A stretch of 64,000 nucleotides of DNA from Macrostomum lignano (lineage: Eukaryota). Position 1 is the stretch's first letter. Each line of letters opens with the position of its first letter. The stretch spans positions 124,001 to 188,000 of the forward strand of contig NIVC01000048.1 in NCBI GenBank assembly GCA_002269645.1, written 5' to 3'. Positions 17,578 through 31,896 of the stretch are shown here, in pieces. The notes under the pieces were generated by a model. That model was given only the letters and a program-made list of their open reading frames with translations. It did not search any database and had not been told where the DNA came from. Made by a program: the position numbers and the translations under genes.

Positions 17578-18899
17578 CAAGCATAGCATAGCATAGCAAG
17601 CAAGCATTGATAGCAAGCATTCCCCAGATAGCAAGTATCTCCCCGATAGCAAGCATCCCTAGATAGCAAGAACCGATCCCCCTCCCAGATAGCAAGCATT
17701 CCCCAGATAGCAAGCATCCCTAGATAGCAAGAACCGACCCCCAAAAAAAGCAAGCATCCCCAGATAGCAAGCACCCCATAGATAGCAAGCACCCCTCCAC
17801 AAAAAAGCAAACATTCCCCATATAGCAAGCATTCCCCATATAGCAAGCATTCCCCAGATAGCAAGTATCTCCCCAGATAGCAAGCATCCCTGGATAGCAA
17901 GAACCGACCCCCCTCCCAGATAGCAATCTAGTAGTAGTCTCTTAGTCATCGAATGTAATAATTTTATCATCTATGTGCGATAATCCTTTTGTCATCTAGT
18001 GCAGTAATGGTTTTCTCATGTATTGCATTAATCACTTTTTCAGCCAGTGCAATAATCCATGTCTTAGCTAGAGATAAATAATTTAACTTTTAGTATGGCA
18101 TTGTATGCATTACTATTTTACTATTAGTAAAAATGAACTACAACTATTCGATCTTGTGCTCCTGGTTTTCATAAAAATCATTGGAAATCTATAATCCTAC
18201 TTAGCAGTCTGTACAGCAACTTTTTAATTTTTTATATACAGTGCAATGAATGTTGGTATATTTATTATGCACTACTCAAAATAGTACAGAGTAGCGCATG
18301 AGAAAATACAAAAATCGCAAGTCCACAGCCGGTACGTCTAGCCTAGCGGGGGCCCACGGTGGATCCACTTGGCTAGCCAGGGATGTCAAGTTGCAGGGCC
18401 AGCCGTGCATTGAGTCCGACACACAAACTCAGGTCAGGACTGGGGTCTGAGGACCTGTCGACAGTGGCGTCTCAGTGGCCATCGACATGACAGCTTCATG
18501 ACATCGATATGGACGTTGGCCAGGGCCTGCGGCTACATCTGTGAAGAACGCGGTTGCGACGCCCAAGACCCGAAAAGAAGAACTGCAGCATGAGGACCGA
18601 AAAAACAATAACGGGACAGGTAGTCCATTTTAAGAAATCAAACAAAAAATATAGCCTGCTTATTATCCTGTTTTCAATACATATTAAAAACGAAACCTCT
18701 GTCTGTGTGTCTGGCTGTACATGGATTGCTATGGACTCCCAAACCGCACAATCAAATGACACCAAATTTTGCACCCATCGTAAACTCATTACAGAGAAGG
18801 CTTTAGGTTACCTTGGAATCTCCTAATTTTAACTCTTCCTACTTAAAAGTGCAAAAGACTGCTAGCAAAACACGATTTTTTTAACTCAATCCTCCATAG

Positions 18900-19613
18900 C
18901 GTTGATCCACTTGCCCTTCACAGAAGCAGTATTCAACGAGGCATTGCTGCGCATTGAGGACAAATTTTAGAACTGACAGATCGTCCCTTAAACGTTTTTG
19001 GACTTCCAGCACCTGGAAAAACATCAACAAGAGAATTTGAGTAGGAAGATGCTGCGAGAAACTAGCTTTGACCGCGAGCAGCTTCGTCAGTTCATTGAGG
19101 AAAATGAGCCCCGTCTACTACCTGAGCAGGCAGAGGCGTACCAAGAAGTACTGCAAAAAGTGAATAACAATGTAGAAGGAATACTTTTCCTGGATGCTCC
19201 AGGGGCGACAGAAGAAACTCTTCTGATTAACCTCCTTCTGTCAAAGGTTAGACACGGAGGCGATATTGCAGTTGCTGTCGCTTCCTCTGGAATCGCAGCC
19301 ATGCTACTTCAAGGTGGTTGCACTGCTCACTCAGAACTAAAATTGCCACTTGATCTGTCAAGACCTGACGCTAAAGGAACTGCGCAGCAACAACCAGCTC
19401 ATGGATGGTGTCACCCTGCTGCTCTATGGAGACTTTAGACAGACGTTGCTTGTAATTCCGCGCGGCACCCCAGCCCAAGATGAGATCAATGATTGCCTCA
19501 AATCTTCTCATCTGTGGCCATCAGTTGAAAAGCTGCACTTGCGAACCAACGTCAAGGCTGCAGTTTATGGCGATGAAACGGCTCATCAATTTTCTATTAA
19601 TCTCTTGGAGGTC
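18900..19613 (+). pseudogene. Helitron helicase remnant (N-terminal helicase motifs); last motif resumes at 20461-20540
   Basis: LFLDAPGAT (degenerate Walker A), AVASSGIAAMLLQGGCTAHS.LKLP, GDFRQTL.VIPRG, LHLRTNV; FSHGQLYVACSRV at ~20490-20530. Confidence 0.85.
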
Positions 19614-20460
19614 TGTCCTGTTGTGAATTTGTAACTCAATGTACTTGCCCATACGGTAGCTCTCTCTCCCTCTGCCCACCCTCCCCGCCCTTCAATGCTA
19701 ACAACTTATTGTGAGCTATTTTCATAAAGTACTTAATTAATTTTGGGTGCCACTGCACTAGACCTAATCAATTGATGAATTATTATTGTAGTTGTTTAGC
19801 CTTTGTCTGCGATTTTCTCACCCCTGATTATTATTATCCCTCCCTTTCCGTGCCCTCTCATTGGCTGTCACTGTTATCTGCAATTCTTGTTTTCTACCCC
19901 TAGTCGCGTTCTGTGTGGCTGCAGCCAATCCCCGCTCGATCTCTCTGCCCACCCCGCCTTTTCTCTTACCCTGCAGCTTTTGCCCCACCCCATGTTGTAC
20001 TGACATATTTATTGGTGTGCGCTCCTGTCCCCTCCCCCTCGCTGACCTTTTGATCGTTTCTCCTCTGGCTCCTTCGCCGCTCCGACCATAACCAATAAAA
20101 ACAATATACAATCGTGCTAGCAATCGTATACAAACATAGACGCTTTGAGCACCGAGTGAGCAACCTACGCCCCAGTAAGTATCGTTTTGCTTTTGTTATT
20201 TGGGCTCTAGTACCATTAGGTCATCGTCACCAGGGCCTGGGCGTTCGCTGCCACCCTGGTTGCCGGCCTTCTGCCCGCCCGTTTGTGCGACAGTGGGTTG
20301 GCAAGCAGCAGGACTGGGGCTGAGTCTCCCTGCTCGTACAGAGCGCGAGACGAAGCTGGCTGGTCCGTCTCGGGATATCTTCTGTGCAGGAGCTCTCAGA
20401 GTACAGAGTAGCGCATGGGAAAACACAAAAAATCGCAAGTCCACAGCCAGACCGGAAACA
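19614..20460 (+). mobile_element. Putative LTR-like insertion replacing part of the Helitron remnant
   Basis: TGT...ACA ends, AATAAA near 20094, flanks GGTC/GGTG (imperfect TSD); Helitron sequence resumes immediately after. Confidence 0.3.
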
Positions 20461-23048
20461 GGTGGCCGGAATCAACTTGGGGTCATCCCGTTTCTCTCAC
20501 ATGGCCAACTTTATGTTGCATGCTCACGCGTTGAAATCTACAGCTAGCCTCTTCCTCTGCTCCCCGGGGGGGGGGGAATTTGGTGTATCTTCAAGCACTG
20601 CGATAAGCATCTGTGAAAGTCATTACAACTGGACTACATTCACAGACTGCATGGACTATAATATAGAAATTTTTCTAAGTCCAAGTTTTTTACGAGCTAC
20701 ATTTATCAGAAATACGAAGTTCCCTACTTTAATACGAGTAAATTTCTTGGTTACTAAGTTTTCAAACGTTCTTGACACAAGGGACCAACCCCAGAGCACG
20801 AAACTCAAAGACATTGGTTGAACTATTTGTTGCGAACCTTCTGAAGCAAGCATCAAGTAACCTTCCCTCCAGACCAGAATAGAAATTTGGCTTTGATTTG
20901 CTAAGAAATTGGCAACTTCAATACTAAATATCATTTTATCACTCCTCACACATGTTCCCTATCCAATTTTGCATTGTCTAGCATATTTACTCTGCTTAGC
21001 TTCTCTATAGTACTTAGACACTATTGTTAATTTTTCCGATTTCTCGATGTTGGAGTCTCATATTCTATTCTACGAGCTATTCTAGAAGTATACTTTTTAA
21101 AGCGAGTTTTCTCCAAGTTTTGTTTAAGTCTATTAACAAGTTCTTGTTTGAGTATGATTTTAGATTCGAGAATGTATGCAAAAATAGTTCCGGGGATCGG
21201 AATTCTGCGGGTTTCAACGGCTTATAGACTTATAATGAAGAAAAGCCAAGGGAGGCAAGAGAGGCAAGGCTGGAGAAAACTTAAGCATGCACAAATAATG
21301 AGGCAGCCAAGACAATGGAATCCAGCAAACATGTAGGGACCTCCAGTGGAATGCAGCAACGTAGGAAAAATTTACAGTAGCCATTAACCATTTCAAAGTT
21401 AATTGAAGCTCACCGGCGAGGCGGCTGACAGGGGAAGGTGGCTGCAGCCGGAGAATATTTGATGAGCCCAGCACAGGGGCCACTCTTGTGGAGGAGACCG
21501 ACGGCCAACCCCGAGGAACGTAGCAACCGAGGGATGGACGCGCGGACAAGAGGGCAGTGAAAGACTTCCCCCAAATACTCTAACTCAACCAGAGTAAATT
21601 GATGAGTCTAACCGCCTCACCCTCGCCCCCTCCCCGTAGCAACTCGCGTGTTAAATGCTAATCCTATTGCAAGCGCTGTTTGTGAAAAACTTGCCGTCGC
21701 TAACCACGCGACATCCAACTCAAACCATCAACGGCAGGGGATGAAATTGGGGGTATTTTTGAGAATAGACGGGAGCTCAGCCCTAGGGGCACTTCTTTCT
21801 TCCTCGCTTTTAAGGAGCTTAATTCACAAACTGAAGTCCCATGCTCTATTTGAGTTAACGACAAAGATGAGACAAGGAATTGAGAATATAAAAAACCGCC
21901 ATCTCGGTTGTAAGCTCTCAAGAACACAGCAGAATCCACTAGAACTAGAAGATGGCATAACATTAGAAAAATAGAGTCTTGCATGAGCGATTCCCCCTAT
22001 GAGTCCATTTCAGTAATTACCCATGAGCCTTGAATCTCAACAATTACCCATTATAAGCCTCATAAATTCCCGCCCGAGCCTTGACAGCAAAACAATTTAC
22101 CCTGTGAGTCTCATGACATCTTAGCAATTTACAATGAGTCATTTATGTTGGACAGGGTGAAGTCAAGTCTCAGTTGCAATGCAGTCTTGTTCGAATGTAA
22201 TTTGTTGTTCGAATCGTTAATTTTTCGATAATTAAAATTAGATGCACTCATACATTCATTTGAGCAATCTTTGACCCGCGAAGCCACTTGGTGGGGTAAT
22301 GCGAACCGGCCTTACACGGATAGCTTCTCAGAAATGATCCATCATCGAGTACACAGTGTTGCTTGGCGTTGTATAAAAACTCCAAACTACGAAAGAATGA
22401 TTACAAGTAGCTTTTGATGCAAACTGTTTGTGCATCAGACTATTACTGAGCTGAGGTCAACTATATTTAAGAAGATCAAACAGATTTTAAATTAAAACTG
22501 ACTGCAGTTTCGTTTATGGCAGAGATTTGTTTAAAAATTGAAGTAGAAGCTTGTCTCATGAACAAGCTGCAGCATCAAGTTAATAGCTGGATTTTTAATT
22601 GTGGCTTCACGCTCGACAAGTGCCGAAGAAAACTGTATTGAATGCACGGTACTAGGGATTTGTGCTTTTAAAAAAGTAAATGTATGTATGAGCAAGGTAG
22701 TAGTATCTAGTGCGTCGTAATAAAATTCGTTAATAACTATAAAAAATTGATTTGATAAAACCAACAGACAGAGATCCACAGACACTACAATGGAGCCCTT
22801 TTAAACATCTGCCTTCCGGCAGCTATTGATTATTATTCGGCCCTTATATTAGAGTATTTTGAATACATTGCGTAAGGTTTGTTAATAATTTAACAAAAAT
22901 CTGTGCACTGTAAGCAGACGGGATGTTTGAATTATGACATGCGGTTATATAAAAAATTTGGACGCTTACACACAGTTGTGACGAGCACTTTTGATTAAAT
23001 CTGTCCATCCGGTTCCTCTTACTTGGCGGTGCCTGCAGTGTCTCAGAA

Positions 23049-23792
23049 TCAGTTAAAAGGCGACAGGCACTCGCACAGAACATTCGGAACAGCACCGTAT
23101 GTGTCGCTACTATCCGTGAGACCCATTTTATTGACTTGTCTCGCGATTACATTTTCTCCGCCACCGTTGTTATTCGGCTGGTCAGTGGCCCAAAAAGCGG
23201 GATCAACGTTGATGTTGCAGCCGACCCAGTACCAGCCGCCCAGAGGCTCCGCACTACCTTCTGGCTGAAGTCCTCCGAGCCAGAAGTTCGAATTACTACC
23301 ATTGGTGAAGATCCAGTCCACGTGGCTCATCTCTTGCTCGCTGGTCACGTCGGCCATGATGACCAGACCGCTCTCTGACTCGCACTTCTGCCTGCTCGGC
23401 AACCACGTCCCGATGCCAGAGTACAGCCTGTACTTCACTCCGCACAGGTCCATGCCGTAGCCAGACGGACACAGCGCGCCCGCCTCGAGTCCCGGCCGCT
23501 GCTTGACGAACACCCGGCCTCTCCTGGAGCAGCCGCAGCTCCTCACCGACTTGCTGCACTTGTCGAACACGAACAGCTGGCACGGATCCTTGGGCAGGGT
23601 AAACGCCTGACAGCGCTGGTTTTGGGCGCACAGAGCGGCGCACCCGACTTTGTTGAGTGCGCTTGAGTAGGTCTCAACAAACTCATCGTTGATGCAGAGG
23701 CTGCCGTCAATGAGGCTGTACACCTGTTCGCTGGCTGTGGCGAGGCCGAGTACAAGACTCATCCAGGCCACAATATTCGATACGCTGGTCAT
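23049..23792 (-). CDS. Lectin copy C: secreted PAN/apple + C-type lectin protein (247 aa)
   Basis: Intact intronless paralog of 13733-14479. Confidence 0.82.
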   Translation of the reverse strand: MTSVSNIVAWMSLVLGLATASEQVYSLIDGSLCINDEFVETYSSALNKVGCAALCAQNQRCQAFTLPKDPCQLFVFDKCSKSVRSCGCSRRGRVFVKQRPGLEAGALCPSGYGMDLCGVKYRLYSGIGTWLPSRQKCESESGLVIMADVTSEQEMSHVDWIFTNGSNSNFWLGGLQPEGSAEPLGGWYWVGCNINVDPAFWATDQPNNNGGGENVIARQVNKMGLTDSSDTYGAVPNVLCECLSPFN

Positions 23793-24901
23793 TTTTGCTC
23801 GTAGCGTCGGTAAGGCTGCTGGGTTTTTTAATTTGTCAGAGTAATACAAATAAACCATGTAAATTGCTTTTAGCAGTAAAATTTCCAACAACTAGCCGAT
23901 TATATTTGCTTTTTTCTGACCAATCATGTGCTAGCTTTCTTGGGAAATTTTTCATTGGTGGAAGTGAAAAAGAAAATGAGGTGAGTGTCACACCATGTTG
24001 ACTGTGCCTTGGCCCTGGCAACCACGTGCACCGATGCCGCGCAGGGGGATCCGGTGGTGCCGGTGTCCGCAGCGGTGTGCCTCTCTGGAGAGTCCTGCAG
24101 GTGAATGGTCGCTCGCCCGGTAGCCCTAAGGTATCGAGGCCGAGCTGGCAGATATTTTCGGGTCTGAAAACGTCAAAGAACGTCCGGGTTTGTGCCCGAG
24201 GTAGGCGGGGCATTCACAGATGAAGTGCTGCACATTCTTGACACCGGAGATGCAGAATGGGCATCCTCACTGCAGATTTTCCCATGGAGGTAGCGTTTTT
24301 TAGCAAAGCACCCATGACCTGATAGGGCCATTGCTACCGGGCCTTGGTGTCCCTGCCGTTGAGTCCTAGCAGGGTCCTACGGAACGGGAGAGGGACAGGG
24401 GATTGCAACAAAGACTCCCCCAGTGGGAGCCAGAGAAAGAAATATTTTAGCTCCAGAGTGCCCCAGACGAGACCTTACCAAACGAAAATTAAATTCTTTT
24501 CTGGGTTCTTTTGACCACTTTGACCTCCCCGATATGGGTCCCCCATTTCAGTTGAGCCTTGACATCTTAGCAATTCCCCCAGCCTTAACATCTCATGTTA
24601 TATGTGCGCTATATGAACTATTGCGTATAAGACGCACGTTAAATTTCATCAATTCATTATGTGCTAGAATTGAGAGCTCTTAATGAGCCGCCACTAAAAG
24701 AAAGAGAAAGAACAAGCCACTGCTGCAGGATAAAAAAGAAAGTACGTTGGTAACTCGCTACAATTAAACAATCACATACTTCGACTTTAATGTCGTTAAT
24801 CTAGAAGAGTCCATCGAAACGGAAATAATAGTCATAGAAGATGCAGAAGACATAACATCTCAAGAATTCCCTCAGAGATATTTGAAATCTCAGCAATTCG
24901 A

Positions 24902-25560
24902 TCCCCCAATAGCAAGCATCCCCCAGATAGCAAGCATCCCCAGATAGCAAGCACCCCCAGATAGCAAGCATACACCAGATAGCAAGTACCCACCAGACAG
25001 CAAGCACCCCACCCCAGATAGCAAGCACCCCACCCCAGATAGCAAGCACCCCACCCCAGATAGCAAGCACCCCTAGATAGTAAACACCCTCCAGATAGCA
25101 AGCACCCCACCCCAGATAGCAAGCACCCCACCCCAGATAGCAAGCACCCCACCCCAGATAGCAAGCACCCCCTAGATAGTAAACACCCTCCAGATAGCAA
25201 GCACCCCACCCCAGATAGCAAGCACCCCACCCCAGATAGCAAGCACCCCACCCCAGATAGCAAGCACCCCACCCCAGATAGCAAGCACCCCACCCCAGAT
25301 AGCAAGCACCCCACCCCAGATAGCAAGCACCCCACCCCAGATAGCAAGCACCCCACCCCAGATAGCAAGCACCCCACCCCAGATAGCAAGCACCCCACCC
25401 CAGATAGCAAGCACCCCACCCCAGATAGCAAGCACCCCACCCCAGATAGCAAGCACCCCACCCCAGATAGCAAGCACCCCACCCCAGATAGCAAGCACCC
25501 CACCCCAGATAGCAAGCACCCCCTAGATAGTAAACACCCTCCAGATAGCAAGCACCCTAG
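24902..25560. repeat. GATAGCAAGCACCCCACCCCA minisatellite, unit III
   Basis: Tandem units; flanks nearly identical to 1-690. Confidence 0.95.
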
Positions 25561-25757
25561 CACCTAAGCGTTGCTTGTGCAATAATCCTTTTCTTAGCTA
25601 ATGATAAAGAATTTAACTTATTTTATTTTATGACATTTTATGCTTTACTATTTTAATATTCGTAAAAATACGTTATAACAATAAGATATTTTGCTCCTGA
25701 TTTTCCTAAAAGTCATTTTTTGCCTATCTATAATCCTACTTAGCGATCGGAATAATC

Positions 25758-27296
25758 GGGAGTACGAGATCTGCAGGAAATCTGCTAGCCGAAGTTTGCT
25801 AGCGAGAAATTTGCTTGCCGAAATCTGCTAGCCGAAGTTTGCTAGCCGAAATCTGCTAGCCGAAGTTTGCTAGCCGAAATCTGCTAGCCGAAATCTGCTA
25901 GACGAAATCTGCTAGCCGAAGTTTGCTAGCGAGAAGTTTGCTAGCCGAAATCTGCTAGCCGAAATCTGCTTGCCGAAATATGCTAGCTGAAATATGCTAG
26001 CCGAAATATGCTAGCCGAAATATGCTAGCCGAAATATGCTAGCCGAAATATGCTAGCCGAAATATGCTAGCCGAAATGTGCTAGCCGAAATCTGCTAGCC
26101 GAAATATGCTAGCCGAAATCTGCTAGCCGAAATGTGCTAGCCGAAATATGCTAGCCGAAGTTTGCTAGCCGAAATCTGCTAGCCGAAATCTGCTAGCCGA
26201 AGTTTGCTAGCCGAAATCTGCTAGCAGGAAATTTGCTAGCTGCCTTGCTCTCGTAGCTGTTGCATGTTATTTGCTGTGTTTTGATTCCGATTTGAGCTGC
26301 TTTGATTCGTACGAGTAAATATATAACTTATATACCATATACTGCCACTACCAGCCATTAAGACTGAAAGTTGTGTGTATAGATAAGTTTAAATTTAACT
26401 ACCTGAACTACAGCTGCCTGTGCTACCTGAACTACGGCCTTACAGCTGATGATGCTAAAACATTATCAAATGTCTACGAGTAAAATAGGACAAAAAATAT
26501 AAATGATTTTGATGATTTCCAAGTGCAGTTTTAGCATGTACAGTACTTTAGCATACAGTAACACACATGTTGGTGTACAGTATCTATTGCTAGATACATG
26601 TATGTCCAAGGTACAATTTACTATAGCTATATGTATTGTTAATGTATAGATATTTTCCATCGCTTACGGCACTGTGTACAAGCAAAAACTCTATGCAGGT
26701 GTGGCCCACAAGCTCTTACCCTGTGATCATGGATGTAATATATTTTCTTTATTCAATAGCTTGTATATGAACTTTTCAATCCACCTACGTTAAAACCTAA
26801 ATCTTATTTTCTTTTTGTCTATGACGTCATCTACTGATTGCGTTTTAACACGTACATGTACGAGAACCCACGGCGAAGGCTAGGCGGCAGATTAAGTCGT
26901 CCAGATTGGACAATAAAAAATGTCTCTAGCAAATTACAACTTCGTAAATTGCTGTTCGCCGGTTTTGGTTAGATTATCGCTAGCAGATTTCGGCTAGCAA
27001 AATCCTCGTTGCAAAATTCCTGCTAGCAAACTTCGGCTAGCAGATTTCGGCTAGCAGATTTCGGCTAGCGGATTTCGGCTAGCAGATTTCGGCTAGCAAA
27101 CTTCGGCTAGCAGATTTCGGCTAGCACATTTCGGCTAGCACATTTCGGCTAGCACATTTCAGCTAGCAAACTTCGGCTAGCAGATTTCGGCTAGCACATT
27201 TCGGCTAGCAAACTTCGGCTAGCAGATTTCGGCAAGCAAATTTCTCGCTAGCAAACTTCGGCTAGCAGATTTCCTGCTAGCAAATTTCATAGACCC
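25758..27296. mobile_element. Uninterrupted copy of the foldback element (1,539 bp)
   Basis: Same core as 2230-2970, shorter GCTAGC arms, perfect 8-bp TSD GAATAATC (25750-25757, 27297-27304). Confidence 0.85.
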
Positions 27297-27669
27297 GAAT
27301 AATCTCCACCAGTAAATTTTTATATTAGCATACTCAGGACAATGAATGTTGGTATATTTATTATGTACTACTCAAGAAAGTTTACCACTTGGCTAAGCTC
27401 AGAATGTCAAGTTGCGGGGCCAGGCGTGCGTTCAGACGGGACTGAGGACCTCAACAGTGACGTCTCAATGGCCTTCGACATGACAGCATCATGATATCGA
27501 TATGGCCTGCAGCTACATCTGTGACGTACGCGGTTGCGGCACCCAAGATCCGAAAAGGAGGACTGAAGCATGAGGGGCGAACAAAACTTATCTCGTATGC
27601 CATAACGAAACGAGACGAGACGGATCGTCCCTTGAACATGTTTGGACGTCCAACAGCCGCAAAGAATCA

Positions 27670-28190
27670 ACAAGAGAGCCGTGGTGATGAAACGGCTCAT
27701 CGATTTTCTATCAATCTCTTGGAGGTCAGTACCGAGGATGGGCTGTCACCAATTGCTGCATTCGGTACAATCGCATCTTCGATGCAGGAGCTCAAGGCTA
27801 CTAAGTTTACCTGAACCTGTCGCACAGATTTTCTGACATTGACTGGCTGTCAGAGAGAGCCATTTTGAGTCCCAGGAATGACGCAGCTAATAGTATCAAC
27901 TCCCAGCTGCTCAATGAGCTGCCTGGCAATATCATCAGCTACTAGTCAATTGACACAACAATGACTGGTGACAATGCTGTAGAGTTTCCTATGTATTGAG
28001 CTCTTAAGCTCTCTAGAGCCTCCTGGAACGCCATCGCACAACCTCCAGTTAAAAGTGGGTGCTACTGCGCAATTTAAATGCCCCAAAGCTGTGTAACGGC
28101 ACCAGGCTAATCGTCAAGCAACTCTTTCCGAATTTGATTGAGGCAAAAATTGGGACTGGATCCGGCAAAAGGCAATCTGTGTTTATTCCT
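27670..28190 (+). pseudogene. Helitron helicase remnant (paralog of 11325-11860)
   Basis: Near-identical to the unit I remnant; a degenerate GC palindrome (ACCCGGCCGGT) at ~28268 may be a 3' hairpin. Confidence 0.8.
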
Positions 28191-29291
28191 TGTTTATTTA
28201 CAAGGAATTAGATTTATCCTCAAGAACTGCCTAGACTTATAGACTTAGAGACTTAGATACGCATTAAACCCGGCCGGTCGATCGATCGATCCACTCAGCT
28301 TTAGATATAAGATTGTAGACTTATAATGAGACAAAGCCAAGGGCAGTAAATGAGGCAAGGCTGGAGAAAACTGAAGCAGGTATAAATATTGAGGCAGCCA
28401 AGACAATGGAATTCAGCAAACAAGCAGGGCCCACAGTAGAATGCAGCATCGCCGGAAAAAAACGCTACAGCAGCCACCATCCATTTCAAAGTAAAGAAGC
28501 TCAAAGGCGATGCAGCTGACAGGCGGAGAGTGGAGAATATTGAATGAGCCCGGTACGGACGCCGCTTCTATGGAGGCGTCCAAGACCGACGGCCAACCCC
28601 GAGGAGCGTAGCAACCGAGGGATGGACGCGCGGACCGGGCCGCACAAGAGGACAGTGAAGAACTCAGGACTGACTTCCCCCAAATACTCTGACTCAACCA
28701 TAGTTAGAAACGGATGAGTCTAACCGCCCCACCCTCGCTGTAAGGCTGTTGAATGCTAATTGCAAGCGCTGTTTGTGAAAAACTTTCCGTTGTTAACCAC
28801 GCGACATCCCACCCCATCGACGGCAGCTGGGGATGAACTTGTGGGTATTTTTAAAATAGATGGAAGTTCAGCCCCGAGAGGCACTTTTTCTTCCTTGCTT
28901 TTGGAGAACTTAATTCACAAAATAAATGCCTATCTGTTATTTGAGTTATCAAAAAAGATGAGACAACGAAAAATATAATAGTCTACCGCCATCTCGGTTG
29001 TAAGGTCTCAAGAACACAGCAGAATCCGTTAGAACTAGAAGAGAGTCTTACATCAGCAACCCCCTATGAGTCCAATTCAGTAATTTCCCCATGAGTCTTC
29101 ACATCTCAGCTATCCCCCTGTAAGCCTTGAAATCTCCGAAATTATCCACAAGGCTCACCGGATTATAGCAATCCCCCCCGAGACTTGACATCAAAGCAAT
29201 TTACCCTATGAGTCGCATGACTTCTTAGCAATTCCCCAATGACTTTTTATGTTCGACAGGGTTAAGTTAGTTCTAAGTTGCTATGCAGTCT

Positions 29292-31896
29292 TATGCTCTG
29301 CTTCCAAACTGTGTTTTCCAAATTGTTGACACAATTAAACTCTGAGTCACAATTCAGCGCGTCAACTGATGTTAAATAAAAAGGCTGTTGTGAAATCTTA
29401 ATCAGGAAAAGAATTCAGTCAGTCAGGCTTTTTGTTTTGCATTCATTATGATGTAACCGCCCTTGATGACCGTCCGCTCCGCGGGGAGGAGAGCGTAAGA
29501 CCATAGGGGGCAATTATGACCGTAGGCTGCCTATGACCGGGCAATGACCTGACGGACCTCCAGCACCAGACTGTCCCACTTTGGTAGCGTTGTTGTGACC
29601 ATGCAGAGGGCCAAGGACCCACATGGACCCCACCTGTAGCCAAGGTGCAATAATTGGTCACTCGGTCACAGTGTGACCGAATGGCTGCCACCACTCTATG
29701 TGACTGGCGCACCTGGATCTTACAACCAGACATTTCGAGGCTAGAGCCCCGTCTGGATTGGTTACCAGGGGATTTAGGCTAACAGGTGGGACGCATGCAG
29801 CCGAGTTACAGGGACTCTGCTTGGGGCATATTTGGGAACTCTGGGATCAATCTGGAGCATTTCTCAGCAGGGGATCCTTTGTGGCTGTGAATGAGGCGGA
29901 CTTGCGGCTTCAATTACTAAGAGTAGTGTGAGGTGAACATGTACTAGCTATAGTTTAGATTGCTCAGGGCGAAGGGACGCGTAAGTAGGGTGTTGCAACC
30001 TTTCTACTGCCATTCTGTTCCATGACTCGCTAATTACCTCTACTGCACGCACACGCGGACCCGCAGCACGCACTCACAGGCGGGCTTTGCACGGGGGAGG
30101 GCTATTAGCTTACCCAAATTTCCTTATGCTTTGCCACCCAAGGAGAAAGGCTCAGCAAGCCATGAGTGAAATGATAGTGAAGGTGTGAAAAATGAGGTGT
30201 TTAGTAATCGGTAACAATTAGACCCTTAGGCGAAATAATCAGGCAATTAGGCGGCTTAACTATTGAGTAAAATACAGCAAAGTACGGTACACAAATGGCT
30301 CAGTTCTTTAGTCAAGCAATGGAAAATAAGCAAACCCCCGATAAGCCAAGGCAATCAGAGTACAAATTAGTACAGGAACTCACCGGCAGCCTCACAGAGA
30401 GAGAGCGTTGGAGTGACCTGGGGCGGCTGTAGACTGCGGACAGTGTAGCGGCGATGCGCTGAAGCGACGAGGCGCTGATGTGGCACAGGCGATGCTGAGG
30501 ATTCTGGGTGGTGTCAGACCGCGGGCCGACAGGCGAGCTCGCTTGGGGAGCTAAAGGAACTTGGCGGTATCAGACCGCAGGCCGGCAGAGGTTCGTCCTA
30601 TAGACGAACGGGGGTCAGACCGGCGTCTGACGGCAAGTCTGAGGATACGACGAGAAGGAATCCGGTAGGCTTGAAAACCTAACCTTACCTTCCGGGAGGG
30701 TTTTACCAAAAAAAAGAAAGCAAGAAAGACTTGTGGCTCTCACGCCGAAAATCGCTTCCTCAAATAGTCCTCACGGTCGCCGCTCCGAGGTCGTTTCCAT
30801 GACTCCCTCTCTCTGATTGGCTGCCGGGAAAATGACGTCAGAATGAGTCATGATGAGAAGCATGAGATCGGCATAGCAACATGAGAAATGGGACAATTGC
30901 GCAATCCAGAGGAGGGGTGGGGGGAAATGAGCACGGCGGGGGCTCGAAGAAGTGTTGCGCAAGCAAGCATTGAGAACAATGGGATCCAGATCGAGAACAA
31001 AGGAAATGGAAATCGGGGATAATTGGGAAGAACCGAGAACAATAGAAAAGTAAACATTGGAGAAAAGGTGCTAATTGGGTGCGAACAGGAAAACAAAAGA
31101 ACTAGAAAATCTGGGAAAATGTGATAGTTAAGCAATATAAAGGTTATTGATAACAAAAGAATCAAAAACGAGAACAATAGAAGTGGAGGAGGGGTGGGTG
31201 TCACATGAGAAATCTTGAGAAGAGAACAATGGCCTGAGAAAAAGGTTGCGCAAGAGGGGGGATGAGTCATCGGGGTGAGGGAGGGGTCAGAAGCCTTGCA
31301 TCACCGTTTGGGATTCTAAAAGGATATGGGGCGATGGTGAGCACAGGCAATACTGTAAGCACGGGGTGAGAAGGGGACAGCGCAAGAAAAACATGAGAAG
31401 TACATAATACTTTGGGTGGGGCGCATCAAAAATGGGGAAGGCAGAGCCGGCAGGGGATGCAACAGAGCGGGAGTCAGTTGGCCTGGTCAGGGACCCGGCC
31501 CAGTCTCTACAGCTCTGCCCGGTGGGTCTAAGGAGATCTGGGAGATTCCGAAAAAATTCCCCCACCAGATCCTGCGACCAGAGCGTGGAAACATCAATCA
31601 GTCAAAACTTCGGCTTGACCTTTGCAATAAAGATGTTTTTAAAATATTTAATCCCCTTAGCATTGAAGAATTTCTAAGCCTCGACACTCGTCACTGAAAA
31701 CTTTCTAATCGAACGGTACATTTATTATGAAAATCGGTTGAGCATTTCATTCTGAAATCAATCATATACCTATCGACAGACAATCCGTTTTTAGTATAGG
31801 GAACAAATTTTAGTATATTTTTACAAGTTTTGTAGAGGACATTCAATCGTATGCAGTAAAGTGTTGTGCGAATTCTTTTTAACAAATTTATCTAGG
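29292..31896. other. ~2.6-kb insertion relative to the sister unit, containing an LTR-like segment (29452-~31207)
   Basis: The sister unit has only ~50 bp between the same flanks (22188-22235); TGTAAC...GTCACA ends, CCAAT and TGACGTCA motifs; no TSD found. Confidence 0.35.

Noticed and set aside
11325-28190. Host PIF1 helicase gene or autonomous Helitron
   Set aside because: Only scattered, stop- and frameshift-ridden fragments, with no Rep/HUH domain and no exon structure.
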